DNA of 64,000 nt from Truepera sp. (GTDB taxonomy: Bacteria > Deinococcota > Deinococci > Deinococcales > Trueperaceae), in contig CBDCKW010000009.1 in the NCBI GenBank assembly GCA_965218435.1, positions 3,264,001 to 3,328,000 on the forward strand, read 5' to 3'. Shown here one piece after another: positions 39,892-50,200 of the stretch (the first letter of the stretch is position 1; the number at the start of each line of letters is the position of its first letter). The notes beneath the pieces are model-generated. The model saw only the letters and a program-made list of their open reading frames with translations, did not search any database and was not told the origin of the DNA. The translations under genes were made by a program, and so were the position numbers.

Positions 39892-40410
39892 CTAGCTGTG
39901 CTGCTGCGCGTACTTGATCAGACCTAGAGTATCGGCTGCGTTCAGACGACCTATCGCATTTGACGAGTACACTGCGACGGCAACTTTACCGTCGGGCGTC
40001 AGAATAAACCCCGTAGCTTGAGAGTAGGTCGGCTTGCCGTCGCTCCCGTCTGAGAGGTAGTTACCGACTTCCGCAGCGATGGTCTGTGCGTCTAGGCCGT
40101 AAGCCACTGGGAACGCGAGGTGATGACGGTTGACCGTTTGCTCCGCGTCCGCTTTAGCGTCTACTGACAGGGCAACGACCTTGGCGTTGACCCCGGCGAA
40201 CCCCTCGAGCTGCCTTTGAAAGTCGCCGAGTTGGCCTCGGCAAAAGGGGCACCAGTCGCCCCGGTAAAACAGCACGACGCCCCACGAACCCTCGAGGTCT
40301 CCCGGCAGGTTGAGGGTACCGCCCTCAACGAGGTTGGCGCTTAAGGACGGAAAAGTATCACCGTTGTTGAGCCGAAAGGCGTTAGTTGTTGGGGCGCTGG
40401 TCGTGGTCAT
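39892..40410 (-). CDS. AhpC/TSA peroxiredoxin-like protein
   Basis: VLFYRGDWCPFC and VALSVD motifs; GGAGG RBS before ATG 40410. Confidence 0.88.
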   Translation of the reverse strand: MTTTSAPTTNAFRLNNGDTFPSLSANLVEGGTLNLPGDLEGSWGVVLFYRGDWCPFCRGQLGDFQRQLEGFAGVNAKVVALSVDAKADAEQTVNRHHLAFPVAYGLDAQTIAAEVGNYLSDGSDGKPTYSQATGFILTPDGKVAVAVYSSNAIGRLNAADTLGLIKYAQQHS

Positions 40411-40509
40411 AAAATCCTCCTGAAAAGTTCTGTAGCGCCTGCCGGAAAATAAGTGGCTTTTATTTCCGGTACCTACGACTCGCTTGCCACTCGCCATCAA
40501 ATTTTGAAG

Positions 40510-40559
40510 TAAGTTGACTGACTTAAAATGACTCTACGCGCGTATTAAGTTTTTGTCAA
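40510..40559 (-). promoter_or_regulatory. Promoter with probable TetR operator for the peroxiredoxin-like gene
   Basis: Minus strand TTGACA (40559-40554)-17-TAGAGT (40536-40531); palindrome TAAGTTGACTGACTTA at 40510-40525. Confidence 0.72.
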
Positions 40560-40665
40560 GCTTAGTATCAAACCAACTTAGCTTCGACTATCTCAAAGCC
40601 CCCGAGCTGTCCGTTCTTCTGCCCCGTACGGATTTTGTAACACCCTCTTGGTTTCATCTAATCTA

Positions 40666-41747
40666 AGTACCTCCAACCTGAAACTAAAGGATAATAGCTT
40701 CCAAGAGCGCAAGGGTAGAAAAGACGGCATCTTTGAGGTCTTTAAGCGAGGTATATAAGCGTCTGGGTAATAGAAAACCCTTCAGCACACGCCATAAAGC
40801 CTCGATGGGATTCAAATGTGGCGAATAAGGTGGGAGATAACGAAGAAATAAGCCTTTGGCTTGCCAACAGGGTTCTTTGGCTTTAATGTTAGCGGCTTTA
40901 TGAAAGCGGGCATTATCAAGCACCACGACAGTCAAACCTTCGGGGTCGGCTTGTTGGGCTAGCTGGTCAAGAAACGCCTCACATTTTTTGGCCTCACAGC
41001 TACCTGCCAAATCACGGTAGAAAAGCTTGTTAGCTGCAAAGTCCAAAGCTCCTATGAGGTTGAGCCTGCCTGCTGAACCTTGCCAGGAAGGAATTTCAAA
41101 CTGAATACCCGAGCCCTTGGGTGTCCAGGTCTTGATAGGTTTGAGGGTCAGACTAAAACCTACCTGATCAAGATAAAGCAGTTTCAGTCTTTGCGCCAGC
41201 GCCCCTTTTTCAACGTGTCTAAAGCTGCTTTATGATGCTTAAGCTCGTCCTCGCCGGGACGCTTGGCTGGGACAAACCGCCCCTTTTTCCAGCTGTAGCC
41301 CATTTCTTTAAGTCGTTTGCGGATGCCTTCAGCGCCTACCTTGACGCCGTAGCCCTCAAAAATAGCCTCAGCAAGTTGCTCACACGTCCAGGTTCTTGGT
41401 TCTATCAACTTCGCTGCCATAAACGTTTTGACTTCTTCGCTGATAAGGGGTTTTCGTCCGTGGGCTTCGTAATGATCGGCTAAGCCTGCGTAACCTTCTT
41501 TTTCCCAACAGTCAAACGTTCTTCGTATAGTTTCGTAGTTCTTCGCTACATGCTCAGAGATGCGCTCTATCGCCATACCTTGATTCGACAATCTTAGTAC
41601 TTGGGCACGCAAACGTACCTTTGCCTTCATATGGACATTCTGCTCTATCGCTCTTAACTTGCTATTCTCCTCGTTGTCCAGTTGGATAAACCTGTGCGCT
41701 CGATTCGCCATTCCTTCATTATCCTACTTCTTTGAGTTGGAGGTACT
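40666..41747 (-). mobile_element. IS630 family insertion sequence
   Basis: 12-bp perfect terminal IRs AGTACCTCCAAC/GTTGGAGGTACT; TA duplicated at 40664-40665 and 41748-41749, reconstituting a CTAG target; lower GC than flanks. Confidence 0.93.
40684..41711 (-). CDS. IS630 transposase in two ORFs joined by a probable -1 frameshift
   Basis: OrfA is HTH-like and ends LKKGRWRKD*. Slippery AAAAAGGGG at 41210-41202. The -1 frame gives LLYLDQVGF...VVLDNARFH...LPPYSPHLNPIE (DDE triad). Confidence 0.9.
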
Positions 41748-41799
41748 TAGTACGACTACTTTTTAAGATTTGCCCGACACCTTAATTTGTCGTGTGAGG

Positions 41800-41844
41800 T
41801 TGACGCGTTCTATAAAGTCGGTAATAATTAAGTTGTTCAACTCA
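41800..41844 (+). promoter_or_regulatory. Promoter and operator of the TetR gene
   Basis: TTGACG at 41800; AT-rich -10 region ~41822-41828; TAAGTTGTTCAACTCA at 41829-41844 resembles the 40510 palindrome. Confidence 0.68.
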
Positions 41845-41855
41845 TTGGAGGCGAG

Positions 41856-42419
41856 GTGCTAGAGAACGTTAAGCAAGATAAACGGGAACGACTTACCGGG
41901 GCCGCTAAAGCCCTCTTCTACCAAGCGGGTGTCCAGAACACGAGTCTCGCCGATATCGCCCAGGCTGCTGAAGTTCCACTCGGAAATGTCTACTATCACT
42001 TTAAGACCAAAGACGCCCTGATAGAAGCGGTAATTGCTGCGCACGCCGCCGATATTCACGCTGAACTCGCGCGTTACAACGCCGAAGCCGAACCGCTCGT
42101 GCGCTTAAGAGCGTTTGTGCGGCGCGGCCTACCCTACAAAGACGCGCTCACCCGTTTTGGCTGCCCCTACATTACGTTATGCGCCGAACTCTCTAAGGGT
42201 GACGCTCGCTCGGCAGAAAGCGCCGCCACCTTGTTTAATTTGTACTTGGGATGGCTCGAGCGGCAGTTTCGGGACCTCGGGCGGGCAGACGCTGCTGAAC
42301 TCGCGTTGGAAACCTTTTCTACCCTGCAAGGTGCTTTTATCATCACCTACGTGACCCACGCGCCGCAGCTGCTCGAGCAACAGACCGCACGGCTTGAACG
42401 TTGGATTAGTGCTCTGTAG
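41856..42419 (+). CDS. TetR family regulator
   Basis: TSLADIAQAAEVPLGNVYYHFKTK and FGCP motifs. Confidence 0.93.
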   Translation: MLENVKQDKRERLTGAAKALFYQAGVQNTSLADIAQAAEVPLGNVYYHFKTKDALIEAVIAAHAADIHAELARYNAEAEPLVRLRAFVRRGLPYKDALTRFGCPYITLCAELSKGDARSAESAATLFNLYLGWLERQFRDLGRADAAELALETFSTLQGAFIITYVTHAPQLLEQQTARLERWISAL

Positions 42420-42429
42420 CAAAATGTCT

Positions 42430-43215
42430 TCAGGTGTTTGTAGAACGGATGTAGCGTTTAAGATGAAAGACGGCAAGCTCTACGTCGGTAGGCTTGACGC
42501 GGACGGGTTCACTTTTTAGAAAACCGCGCAGAGCTTTAGGCTCGAGCACCCAGGTATCACTTTGGTCAGCTCCAGAAATGCGCTCTACAAACCAGCCCGG
42601 AAAGACAACCACCGGTTTGACGCTGAGCGTTTTACCTGTAGATTCAGCTAACAGCTTTTTCAGCCAACCCGCTTGCGCCCTCCCTTGTGGTACCGGATTG
42701 TCCGGCAGTTCCAGCTCACCAAGCCGCACACGCTCCCCGTCGAAGTAGAGCTGCGCGTCCTTGCCGACGTACTTATTCAGCGTTTTGGTCTCGACCGTAA
42801 AGACACCTTTGGGTCCGATGATTACGTGGTCAATGTTAAAGTTCGGCCCGACTATATCGTGAAACACGCGGTGTCCGTCGTCCCTGAGCAAATCCAAACA
42901 TTCAGCAACGGCCCGCTCACCGTCTCGAGCCTGCCGTAAACGCTGAAGCTTTTTGCGTCCTCGCCACATTCTCGGAATAAAGATGCTTGCCGCTATGACG
43001 GTAAACACCCCTACACCGCTCGCCATTATCCATTCAGGAGTTTTTGTAAGCCATTGGATAAGTTCTACACCTAAGATGAGGCCAAACAGTAAGATAACAA
43101 GTCCATCTTCCATAAACTTGTCAATAGTTTTGAGAATCTCTGCATCTAGCGACTGACCGGGATTACGGAGAGTTTTGTCTTTTAAGGGAGAACGCAATAC
43201 AGGACGTTGAGACAT
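42430..43215 (-). CDS. Membrane-anchored NERD (nuclease-related) domain protein
   Basis: Two TM helices, then GERAVA...VFHD...NIDHVIIGPKGVFTVETK. Confidence 0.85.
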   Translation of the reverse strand: MSQRPVLRSPLKDKTLRNPGQSLDAEILKTIDKFMEDGLVILLFGLILGVELIQWLTKTPEWIMASGVGVFTVIAASIFIPRMWRGRKKLQRLRQARDGERAVAECLDLLRDDGHRVFHDIVGPNFNIDHVIIGPKGVFTVETKTLNKYVGKDAQLYFDGERVRLGELELPDNPVPQGRAQAGWLKKLLAESTGKTLSVKPVVVFPGWFVERISGADQSDTWVLEPKALRGFLKSEPVRVKPTDVELAVFHLKRYIRSTNT

Positions 43216-43282
43216 AGAAGATTTTACAAACACAAGCTTTTTATTCGCCGTAAACTTTTACGCTCGAGCCCTACTAACCCGG

Positions 43283-44074
43283 TTATTTTTTGGGCGTGAG
43301 TTTCTCGAGTCTCAGCCGCTGCTGTGTATCAAAGAGAGTACGAAACGCCAGCAATGTCACGACCAAACTGCCGAGCGCCGAACTTGTCGCCAAAACGAAC
43401 ATGATGACGATCTGATAGCGCACCGCCTTTTCCGGCGACGCGCCCGCCAAAATCTGCCCGGTCATCATCCCCGGCAAGCTGACGATGCCCATGACGACCA
43501 TATTATTTAGCGTCGGAATCATGCCGGTACGAACGGCGGTCGCCACCTCATGGTGGGCCGCTTCCCAACGCGTCGCGCCTAGTGCCAGCAAACCCTCGAT
43601 CTGCCCGCGCCGGTTGATTACGTCTGCAGTGAAGCGCTCGAGCGCCAGCGACACGCCGGTCAGGGTATTCCCAAGCACCATCCCTAAAATCGGCACGGCG
43701 TACTGCGGGTTCCACCACGGGCGCACCTGGATGATTCCAGCGAGCGCCAGACCACTCAGGAGAAACGAACTGCCGAATACGGCGATGAAACTATCAACAT
43801 AGATACGCGCGTACCGCTCTTTGCTCCGCGACACCGCCGCCTGCCCCGCGAGCAGCGTCATCACCAAGCCGATGGCGACGACCGGCAGTGGTGTTTGCAG
43901 TGAAAATATCCAACCCAAAATGAGGCCGACGAGTAAAAGCTGCGCGGTCATCCGGACACCGGCGACGAGGATGGTGCGGCCCAGACCGAGCCGAAGCTGC
44001 CACGACAACACCACACTGACACCCATCAGGGCGGCGGCCAGCACGAGTTGAAAGGGGCTGATAGGAACGCTCAT
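43283..44074 (-). CDS. ABC permease, FetB/UPF0014 family
   Basis: RMTAQLLLVG, PILGMVLGN and GIVSLPGMMTGQILAG motifs. Confidence 0.9.
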   Translation of the reverse strand: MSVPISPFQLVLAAALMGVSVVLSWQLRLGLGRTILVAGVRMTAQLLLVGLILGWIFSLQTPLPVVAIGLVMTLLAGQAAVSRSKERYARIYVDSFIAVFGSSFLLSGLALAGIIQVRPWWNPQYAVPILGMVLGNTLTGVSLALERFTADVINRRGQIEGLLALGATRWEAAHHEVATAVRTGMIPTLNNMVVMGIVSLPGMMTGQILAGASPEKAVRYQIVIMFVLATSSALGSLVVTLLAFRTLFDTQQRLRLEKLTPKK

Positions 44075-44081
44075 AGGGCGA

Positions 44082-44762
44082 TCATAGGGCGCTGACCGGA
44101 TGAAAGGTTGACAACGCCAACTCCCGAGTTGAGAGGCGCTCACGCTGCGCCGCGTCGTGACCGACCCACAAGAGCGCGTGGTCGGCGGCTTGCGTCCACT
44201 CGAGCAGCAGCGCCTCGGCGCGGCCCAGAACGTCCGGGTCGAGGGCGCTCGTCGCTTCGTCGAGCAAGAGTACCGCCGGGTCTAAACTGAGGGCGCGGAC
44301 GAGCGCGACGAGTTGTGCTTCTCCACCCGATAAACGTTCGGCAGCTTGGCTTAAAAAAGCCTCTGAGCGTCCAAGTTGGGCAAGTAACCGCGTAACGTGC
44401 TCCGGAGAAAACGCCTTGTCTCGGTGCGCCTGCAGGGTAAACGGAAGTCTCAGATTGTCTTCAACCGTTCCTGGATAGAGCGGCGCACGCTGCGGCAAAT
44501 ACAAAACGTGCGTGCGGTACGTTGTGACCGGCAACGTTTGCACGTCTTGGTCACGAAAAGAGAGTGAACCGGCCTCGAGCGGGTCAAGTGCGGCAAGCGC
44601 CCGTAGTAAGAGACTTTTTCCCGATCCCGACGGCCCCGTGACAGCTAACCGTTCGTGAGCGTAAAGCTCGAGCCCCACCCCACTCCAGAGCACGCGCCCT
44701 GAGCCGGTTTGGTTTAGAACAGTGCGGCTGAGTCCCTGAGCAGTGAGTAGAGCTTCGGCCAC
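44082..44762 (-). CDS. ABC ATPase, FetA-like
   Basis: GPSGSGKS, LSGGEAQ and LLLDEATSALD motifs. Confidence 0.92.
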   Translation of the reverse strand: MAEALLTAQGLSRTVLNQTGSGRVLWSGVGLELYAHERLAVTGPSGSGKSLLLRALAALDPLEAGSLSFRDQDVQTLPVTTYRTHVLYLPQRAPLYPGTVEDNLRLPFTLQAHRDKAFSPEHVTRLLAQLGRSEAFLSQAAERLSGGEAQLVALVRALSLDPAVLLLDEATSALDPDVLGRAEALLLEWTQAADHALLWVGHDAAQRERLSTRELALSTFHPVSAL

Positions 44763-44778
44763 GCCCTATACTAAACGT
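44763..44778. promoter_or_regulatory. Bidirectional overlapping -10 elements
   Basis: Plus strand TATACT (44767-44772)-6-ATG; minus strand TAGTAT (44773-44768)-5-GTG. Confidence 0.7.
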
Positions 44779-45393
44779 ATGCCTAGCCCTGCCCCCGGTT
44801 TTGCCATCCGGCCTTATCAGTCAAAAGACCTGGACACACTTTATGACATCTGCTTAAAAACCGGCGACATCGGTAAAGACGCCACCCAGCTCTACGATGA
44901 CCCGAACCTGCTTGGGCAGCTTTACGCCGCGCCGTACGCAGTTTTAGAGCCCGACCTCACCTTCGTCTTAGAAGACAGTAAAGGCGTGTGCGGGTACATC
45001 TTGGGCGCACTTGATTCAAAGACGTTTTATGAACGGTTAGAGACCGAATGGTTTCCGCCGCTACGTGAGCGGTACCCCAAACCAAGCGGGGATAAAAAGG
45101 ACTGGACGAGGGACGACCATATCATCCGGCAGTTTTACGGTTTAGGCGCAACTTACCCACCTGACTACCCTTCGCACCTGCACATTGACCTGTTACCGAG
45201 GGCGCAAGGCAGCGGCAACGGGCGGGCGCTGATGGAGACGTTTTTGGCGGCGCTTAGGGAGAAGGGCTCACCGGGTGTCCATCTCGGCACCTCACCGCAA
45301 AATGTCCGGTCAGAAAAATTCTATTTGAAGATGGGGTTCAGAGAGCTTAAGCGGCGAGAACCGCACACGTTAGTGATGGGCAGACGTCTTTAA
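44779..45393 (+). CDS. GNAT acetyltransferase
   Basis: YDICLKTGD, YPSHLHIDLLPRAQGSGNG and FYLKMGF motifs. Confidence 0.9.
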   Translation: MPSPAPGFAIRPYQSKDLDTLYDICLKTGDIGKDATQLYDDPNLLGQLYAAPYAVLEPDLTFVLEDSKGVCGYILGALDSKTFYERLETEWFPPLRERYPKPSGDKKDWTRDDHIIRQFYGLGATYPPDYPSHLHIDLLPRAQGSGNGRALMETFLAALREKGSPGVHLGTSPQNVRSEKFYLKMGFRELKRREPHTLVMGRRL

Positions 45394-45496
45394 TACCTTC
45401 TTGGGACCCTGTTTTGTTTTAACCGTTAGGTGTGATGATGCTTTTTCGGCTGGTTGACAAACTATTTGGGGTGAAGTTCCGGGTCATACTACCTGC

Positions 45497-46063
45497 CTAG
45501 AGATACCTTTTGACCCGGTTGCAATACGCTGTATACACCTCGCCGTAATGTCTCTTCAAATCCGCTTCTTCACGGAGTACCTGACGGTGAAACAGCCACA
45601 CGGCTGCGCCCGTATAGATTAGCAGGAGCCAGTTTGGGAAGATTAGGAACTGGCCCAGTAAGATCAGCGCAAAGGCTACATAGATAGGATTACGGCTGAC
45701 AGCAAAAACGCCGGTCGTAACCAGTTGGTCGGGACCGTCGGTGTCGATGCCGATCCGAAAACTCCGCCCAAAAGAGACCAGGCTCCAGAGTAGGAGGAGT
45801 AACCCCGCTAGGCACAGCAACACACCGCCCCACGCGATCACCGCCGATTGAAAGAACACTTGTGTGCTGGGGGTAGGAAGATCAAACGCAGCGGCAAACA
45901 CGAGATAAAAGTAGAAAAAGGCAAACGGCGGAATCAAAAAGTCCGTCTTATCGATGTTGCCGAAGTTCACCGCTTGTAGCCCTCGTCGCCTTAGCAACCA
46001 AACGCGGGCCAGTACCATGCCAAGCATTAGAACGATAGTCAGGGGTGCGAAATACCGTGGCAT
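45497..46063 (-). CDS. PEMT/isoprenylcysteine methyltransferase-like membrane protein
   Basis: GRSFRIGID, LVTTGVFAVSRNPIY and EE..L..HYG..Y..YC..V.RY motifs. Confidence 0.85.
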   Translation of the reverse strand: MPRYFAPLTIVLMLGMVLARVWLLRRRGLQAVNFGNIDKTDFLIPPFAFFYFYLVFAAAFDLPTPSTQVFFQSAVIAWGGVLLCLAGLLLLLWSLVSFGRSFRIGIDTDGPDQLVTTGVFAVSRNPIYVAFALILLGQFLIFPNWLLLIYTGAAVWLFHRQVLREEADLKRHYGEVYTAYCNRVKRYL

Positions 46064-46226
46064 AGACTTTATTTTAGGCTCGAGCTGTCTAACGTTGTCA
46101 CCCAGTAGCACACCTGGGGCAAGTCCGTTCTACGCCGCTTCTCGAGTGCTCCTTATAATGGTGACGCAGGCCCTACATACTCGTTAAAGAATAGCTATAA
46201 CATTCGCGCGAAAATTTCGACTGGGT

Positions 46227-46680
46227 TTAGCCGACAGGAACGAAGGTACGCGAGAGGAGCCACAACAAGAGGACTGCTTGGGCGGTGATGGCGAAAGTCC
46301 GAAGCCGACTATGAACGATGAGGCCCTGAATCAGCGCGTCAGCTTTGCCCTGCTGCTGCAACTGGATATGACGCGGTATTTCTAGCGCAATTCACTAAAA
46401 GTGCTAGGCCGCCGAGCGCCGCACTAAGGCTGGCCATCCATAAAGTTATAGACGGCGGGCGAAAAAAGAGCAGCACAAAGGGCGCAAGAAACGACAAAAA
46501 TCCGGGGATGATGACGCTAGCTGTAATACGGCGGTTGTAAAAGAGGTGGTAGGCCAAAAACGCATCTTTAGGTACAAGTCGGAAGAGCGGATAGGTCACA
46601 CTTTGAGTCGGCCAGATGACGTCGCAGTTATACACACTCAAGACTGCCAGCAACAGGAGAAATCAGTGCGCTCCGCTCAT
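46227..46680 (-). pseudogene. Degraded four-TM membrane protein gene
   Basis: ATG 46680 reads MSGAH* (in-frame TGA), then FLLLLAVL...QSVTYPLFRLV...YHLFYNRRI. After a frameshift near 46390 it continues ALEIPRHIQLQ...RLRTFAIT...FVPVG*. Confidence 0.75.
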
Positions 46681-46816
46681 GGCCTATCTTTGTCCCAAAC
46701 ACTCCCGAGACGCAAGTATGGCGCTAGGTTTTAACGGAAGCCTCGAGCGTTACCGTCCTTGGACTAGAATGCTGTATATTTTCTGCTGCTCGAGCCTGTC
46801 GTCTCGAGTTACCCTC

Positions 46817-47845
46817 CTAGACCTCGATCATCACCTTGACCGCGCCGTCCGTCCCCTTTTCCGCGTACTCAAACCCGGTCAGCATCTCGTCCAGCGGAAA
46901 ATGATGCGTAATCATCGGCTTTAAGTTGACCGCGCCCGAGGTCAGCAGATTGATCGCCGCCGGATAGGTATAGACGTAGCGAAACACGCCCTTGAGGTCG
47001 AGTTCTTTTCTGGTCAGCTCAATCATCGGGACATCATAGGTTGACTTGTCGCCGAGCCCGACGACAACGACCGTGCCACCGCTTTTTACGGTTTTCAGGC
47101 AGCTCAGGAAGGCTGGTTCGGCTCCGGCACACTCGATTGCAAGGTCAACACCGCGCCCGTTCGTCGCGTCATTCACTATAGCTTCGGCGTCTTCTTTAGC
47201 ATCAAACACGTGCGTCGCGCCCATCTGTTTGGCGACTTCTAAACGGTGCGGCCGCACATCGCTGATAAACACCTCCGTAGCGCCGAACGCTTTGGCCGCT
47301 GCTAGCGAGGTCAAGCCAATCGGCCCCGCCCCGGCGATAAAGACGCTCTGCCCCGCGGTGAGGTTGCCACGCCGACACGCGTGAATGCCAACCGATAAGG
47401 GTTCGATCAGGGCTGCTTCGTCAAGGCTGAGCGAATCGGGCAGTTTATAGGCGAAGTCTGCGGGAGAAACCGCGTAATCTGATAACGCGCCGTCTACCGG
47501 GGGCGTCGCAAAAAACTGCACGTCGGGGCAAAGGTTGTAGCGGCCCGTTTTGCACATTTCGCAGTGACGGCAGGGGACACCGGGCTCTAAGGCAACCCTG
47601 TCCCCTACTTTGAGCGTATGGACGTTTTTACCGACTTCTGCGACGACGCCCGCAACCTCGTGGCCTAAAATCATCGGCTCTTCGACCACGAAGTCGCCGA
47701 TTGCGCCCGTGCGCCAGTAATGCACGTCCGAGCCGCAGATGCCGACCGAACCGATTTTGACGAGCACCTCGTCCGGGCCGTAACGGGGGGTGGGAACGTC
47801 CTCGAGCCGTAAATCTCTCGCTTTATGTAAAACCGCTGCTTTCAT
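46817..47845 (-). CDS. Zn-dependent polyol (sorbitol/xylitol) dehydrogenase
   Basis: [45 protein letters not shown] and GAGPIG motifs; AGGAGG RBS before ATG 47845. Confidence 0.92.
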   Translation of the reverse strand: MKAAVLHKARDLRLEDVPTPRYGPDEVLVKIGSVGICGSDVHYWRTGAIGDFVVEEPMILGHEVAGVVAEVGKNVHTLKVGDRVALEPGVPCRHCEMCKTGRYNLCPDVQFFATPPVDGALSDYAVSPADFAYKLPDSLSLDEAALIEPLSVGIHACRRGNLTAGQSVFIAGAGPIGLTSLAAAKAFGATEVFISDVRPHRLEVAKQMGATHVFDAKEDAEAIVNDATNGRGVDLAIECAGAEPAFLSCLKTVKSGGTVVVVGLGDKSTYDVPMIELTRKELDLKGVFRYVYTYPAAINLLTSGAVNLKPMITHHFPLDEMLTGFEYAEKGTDGAVKVMIEV

Positions 47846-47951
47846 GTTACCTCCTAAAAACATAGCTATAATACTCGGCTTTACGGGTTCAGCGCGAAAT
47901 CTGCGTGCGACCTGGCACCAGCAGAGCAAAACCGGAGTATCCTCATAAAAG

Positions 47952-48704
47952 ATGACGATATCAGGGTTGTACGGCAAACGGGCGCTGATTACCGGCGCGA
48001 GTAAAGGCATCGGGCGCGGTTTGGCGGCAGCGTTCGCGGCGCAGGGCGTGGAGATCGTCGCAGTGGCTAGAGACGAAACCGGCTTGGCTGAGGTCGAACG
48101 TGAGGTTGAGGCGGCGGGCTCGAGTGCTCACATCATCCGCGCCGATTTAGCTGATATGGAAGACGTGCAGCGGCTGGCAGCTGAGGCTGACACGCTAAAC
48201 GTTCATATCCTGGTTAATAACGCGGGTGTGAGCTATCCGCAAAGTGCTTTAGAGGCAAGCCCGGAAAACTGGGACAAGACGTTCGCCGTCAATGTGCGGG
48301 CGGCTTTTTTTCTCGCTCAGGCGTTTGGTAAAAAAATGGTGGAACGTGGTTGGGGTCGCGTTGTCAATATGTCGTCGCAGGCGGGGCTCATTGCACTCGA
48401 GGACCACGTGGCGTACTGCGCCTCGAAGGGGGCGCTCGAGATGATGAGTAAGACGCTGGCGCTCGAGTGGGCACCCGCAGGCGTAACCGTCAACTGCGTC
48501 GCGCCAACGGTGATTGACACGCCGATGGCGGCGATGGCCTTCCCTACCGAAGCAGCGCGGGAGAAGATGCTCCGGCGTATTCCGGTCGGGCGTTTCGGTG
48601 AAGTTTCCGAGGTCGCCGCCGCCGTGCTCTTTTTAGCCTCGGACGCGGCGGGGATGATTACCGGCGATACGCTCAAGCTAGATGGCGGCTGGACTGTTCA
48701 GTAA
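47952..48704 (+). CDS. SDR oxidoreductase (D-threitol dehydrogenase/L-xylulose reductase-like)
   Basis: TGASKGIG, NNAG, SSQAG...DHVAYCASK and VNCVAPTV motifs. Confidence 0.8.
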   Translation: MTISGLYGKRALITGASKGIGRGLAAAFAAQGVEIVAVARDETGLAEVEREVEAAGSSAHIIRADLADMEDVQRLAAEADTLNVHILVNNAGVSYPQSALEASPENWDKTFAVNVRAAFFLAQAFGKKMVERGWGRVVNMSSQAGLIALEDHVAYCASKGALEMMSKTLALEWAPAGVTVNCVAPTVIDTPMAAMAFPTEAAREKMLRRIPVGRFGEVSEVAAAVLFLASDAAGMITGDTLKLDGGWTVQ

Positions 48705-48745
48705 CCTGAGTAGCTGGTATAACTACCTGACTTAAGGAGACGACT

Positions 48746-49495
48746 ATGACCGACCGTTTTAATCTAACTGGGCAGCACGCGCTCGTCACCGGGGCCGGGC
48801 GAGGGATCGGGCTCGAGATTGCCCGTACGCTTAAGGGTGCCGGTGCGAGCGTAACTATCGGTGAGTACGCCGAAGACGCAGGCCGCGCCGCTGCCGAAGA
48901 ACTCGGCGGCAACTTCGTCCAGGTTGACGTGCGTGACCCTGAGAGCGCCGAGCAGATGGTCGAGCAGGCCGAAGGCTACGCGCCGCTAGACATTTTGGTC
49001 AACAACGCCGGGATCGCCAAAAATGTCGAGGCAGAACATACCTCGGACGACGACTGGCTCAACATCATCAATGTGAACTTAAACGGCGTCTTTTGGTGCT
49101 CACGCGCGGCGGGCAAACGGATGCTGGGGCGCGGGTCGGGCAGTGTCGTCAATATCGCCTCGATGTCGGGGATGATCGTCAATAAACCACAACCGCAAGC
49201 CGCGTACAACACCTCAAAAGCCGGGGTCATTATGTTGACCAAATCTTTGGCGGCGGAGTGGGCCAAACGCGGCGTCCGGGTGAACTCGGTGTCGCCGGGA
49301 TATATCGGCACTGAGATGACCAAGCTGGGCATGAGCAACGAGGAGTGGAATCGGCAGTGGTTGGAGATGACCCCGATGGGCCGCGTCGGTGAACCTGCGG
49401 ACATCGCGCACGCGGTACTTTATTTAGCGTCGGACGCAGCGCGCTTTGCGACCGGGACGAACCTTGTGGTAGACGGCGGTTACACCGTTTGGTGA
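48746..49495 (+). CDS. SDR polyol dehydrogenase (galactitol 2-dehydrogenase-like)
   Basis: TGAGRGIG, ASMSGMIVNKPQPQAAYNTSK, WLEMTPMGR and VDGGYTVW motifs. Confidence 0.82.
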   Translation: MTDRFNLTGQHALVTGAGRGIGLEIARTLKGAGASVTIGEYAEDAGRAAAEELGGNFVQVDVRDPESAEQMVEQAEGYAPLDILVNNAGIAKNVEAEHTSDDDWLNIINVNLNGVFWCSRAAGKRMLGRGSGSVVNIASMSGMIVNKPQPQAAYNTSKAGVIMLTKSLAAEWAKRGVRVNSVSPGYIGTEMTKLGMSNEEWNRQWLEMTPMGRVGEPADIAHAVLYLASDAARFATGTNLVVDGGYTVW

Positions 49496-49571
49496 GGGCT
49501 CAAGGGCTGTCATATCGCGTGTTTTTTTCGGTTGTATCCTTAACGAAGGGTTGAAATCCACTGCTATATAG

Positions 49572-50180
49572 TTGGCATCAGAGGAGTGGGTACAAGTGAT
49601 CAACTTTCCAGAACCGAGAACAGGTCTTGCAGGCTTTTGGGACAGGCTTATAGGGCCTGGTGCAACCTTCTCCGAAAATACCCTTATCATTGTAAGTTCC
49701 GTTGTGGGTGGCATTGGAGCCGCTGCCCCCTTCGCACTTGCAGGCTTACCTTCGGTAAAGATTATCGTCGCTGCCCTGCTAGGTTTTGACGTTATCGGTG
49801 GCGCGGTTGCCAACGCTACGAATACAACTAAAGCTTGGTATCACCGACCTGGGGTTGGTTTTATACAGCAGTTAGGATTTTTGCTTCCCCACCTCATTCA
49901 CATTTTCCTTGTTGCATGGTTATTTCGCGCCCAACCATTTGATATCAGTTACATGCTGATTATCGGTTCAGCCTTACTGCTTTCAGGGCTAATCGTCATC
50001 CTAAGTCCTAAGTTTCTCAAGCGTCCTGTAGCCGCAGGACTTTATCTAGTTGCAATTGCTATTGCACTTTACGTTACGGGTCTTACACTTAGCCTTGAAT
50101 GGTTTGTGCCAGCACTATTCTTAAAGCTACTCATTGGTCATCTCGTACCTGAAGCAGTTCCTGTTCGTGACGCTCTTTAA
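49572..50180 (+). CDS. Hypothetical membrane protein with AT-rich codon usage
   Basis: Multiple TM helices; DRLIGPGAT and DVIGGAVANAT...KAWYHR motifs; start codon uncertain. Confidence 0.7.
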   Translation: MASEEWVQVINFPEPRTGLAGFWDRLIGPGATFSENTLIIVSSVVGGIGAAAPFALAGLPSVKIIVAALLGFDVIGGAVANATNTTKAWYHRPGVGFIQQLGFLLPHLIHIFLVAWLFRAQPFDISYMLIIGSALLLSGLIVILSPKFLKRPVAAGLYLVAIAIALYVTGLTLSLEWFVPALFLKLLIGHLVPEAVPVRDAL

Positions 50181-50200
50181 CAACGCTTTTAGACTAATCC

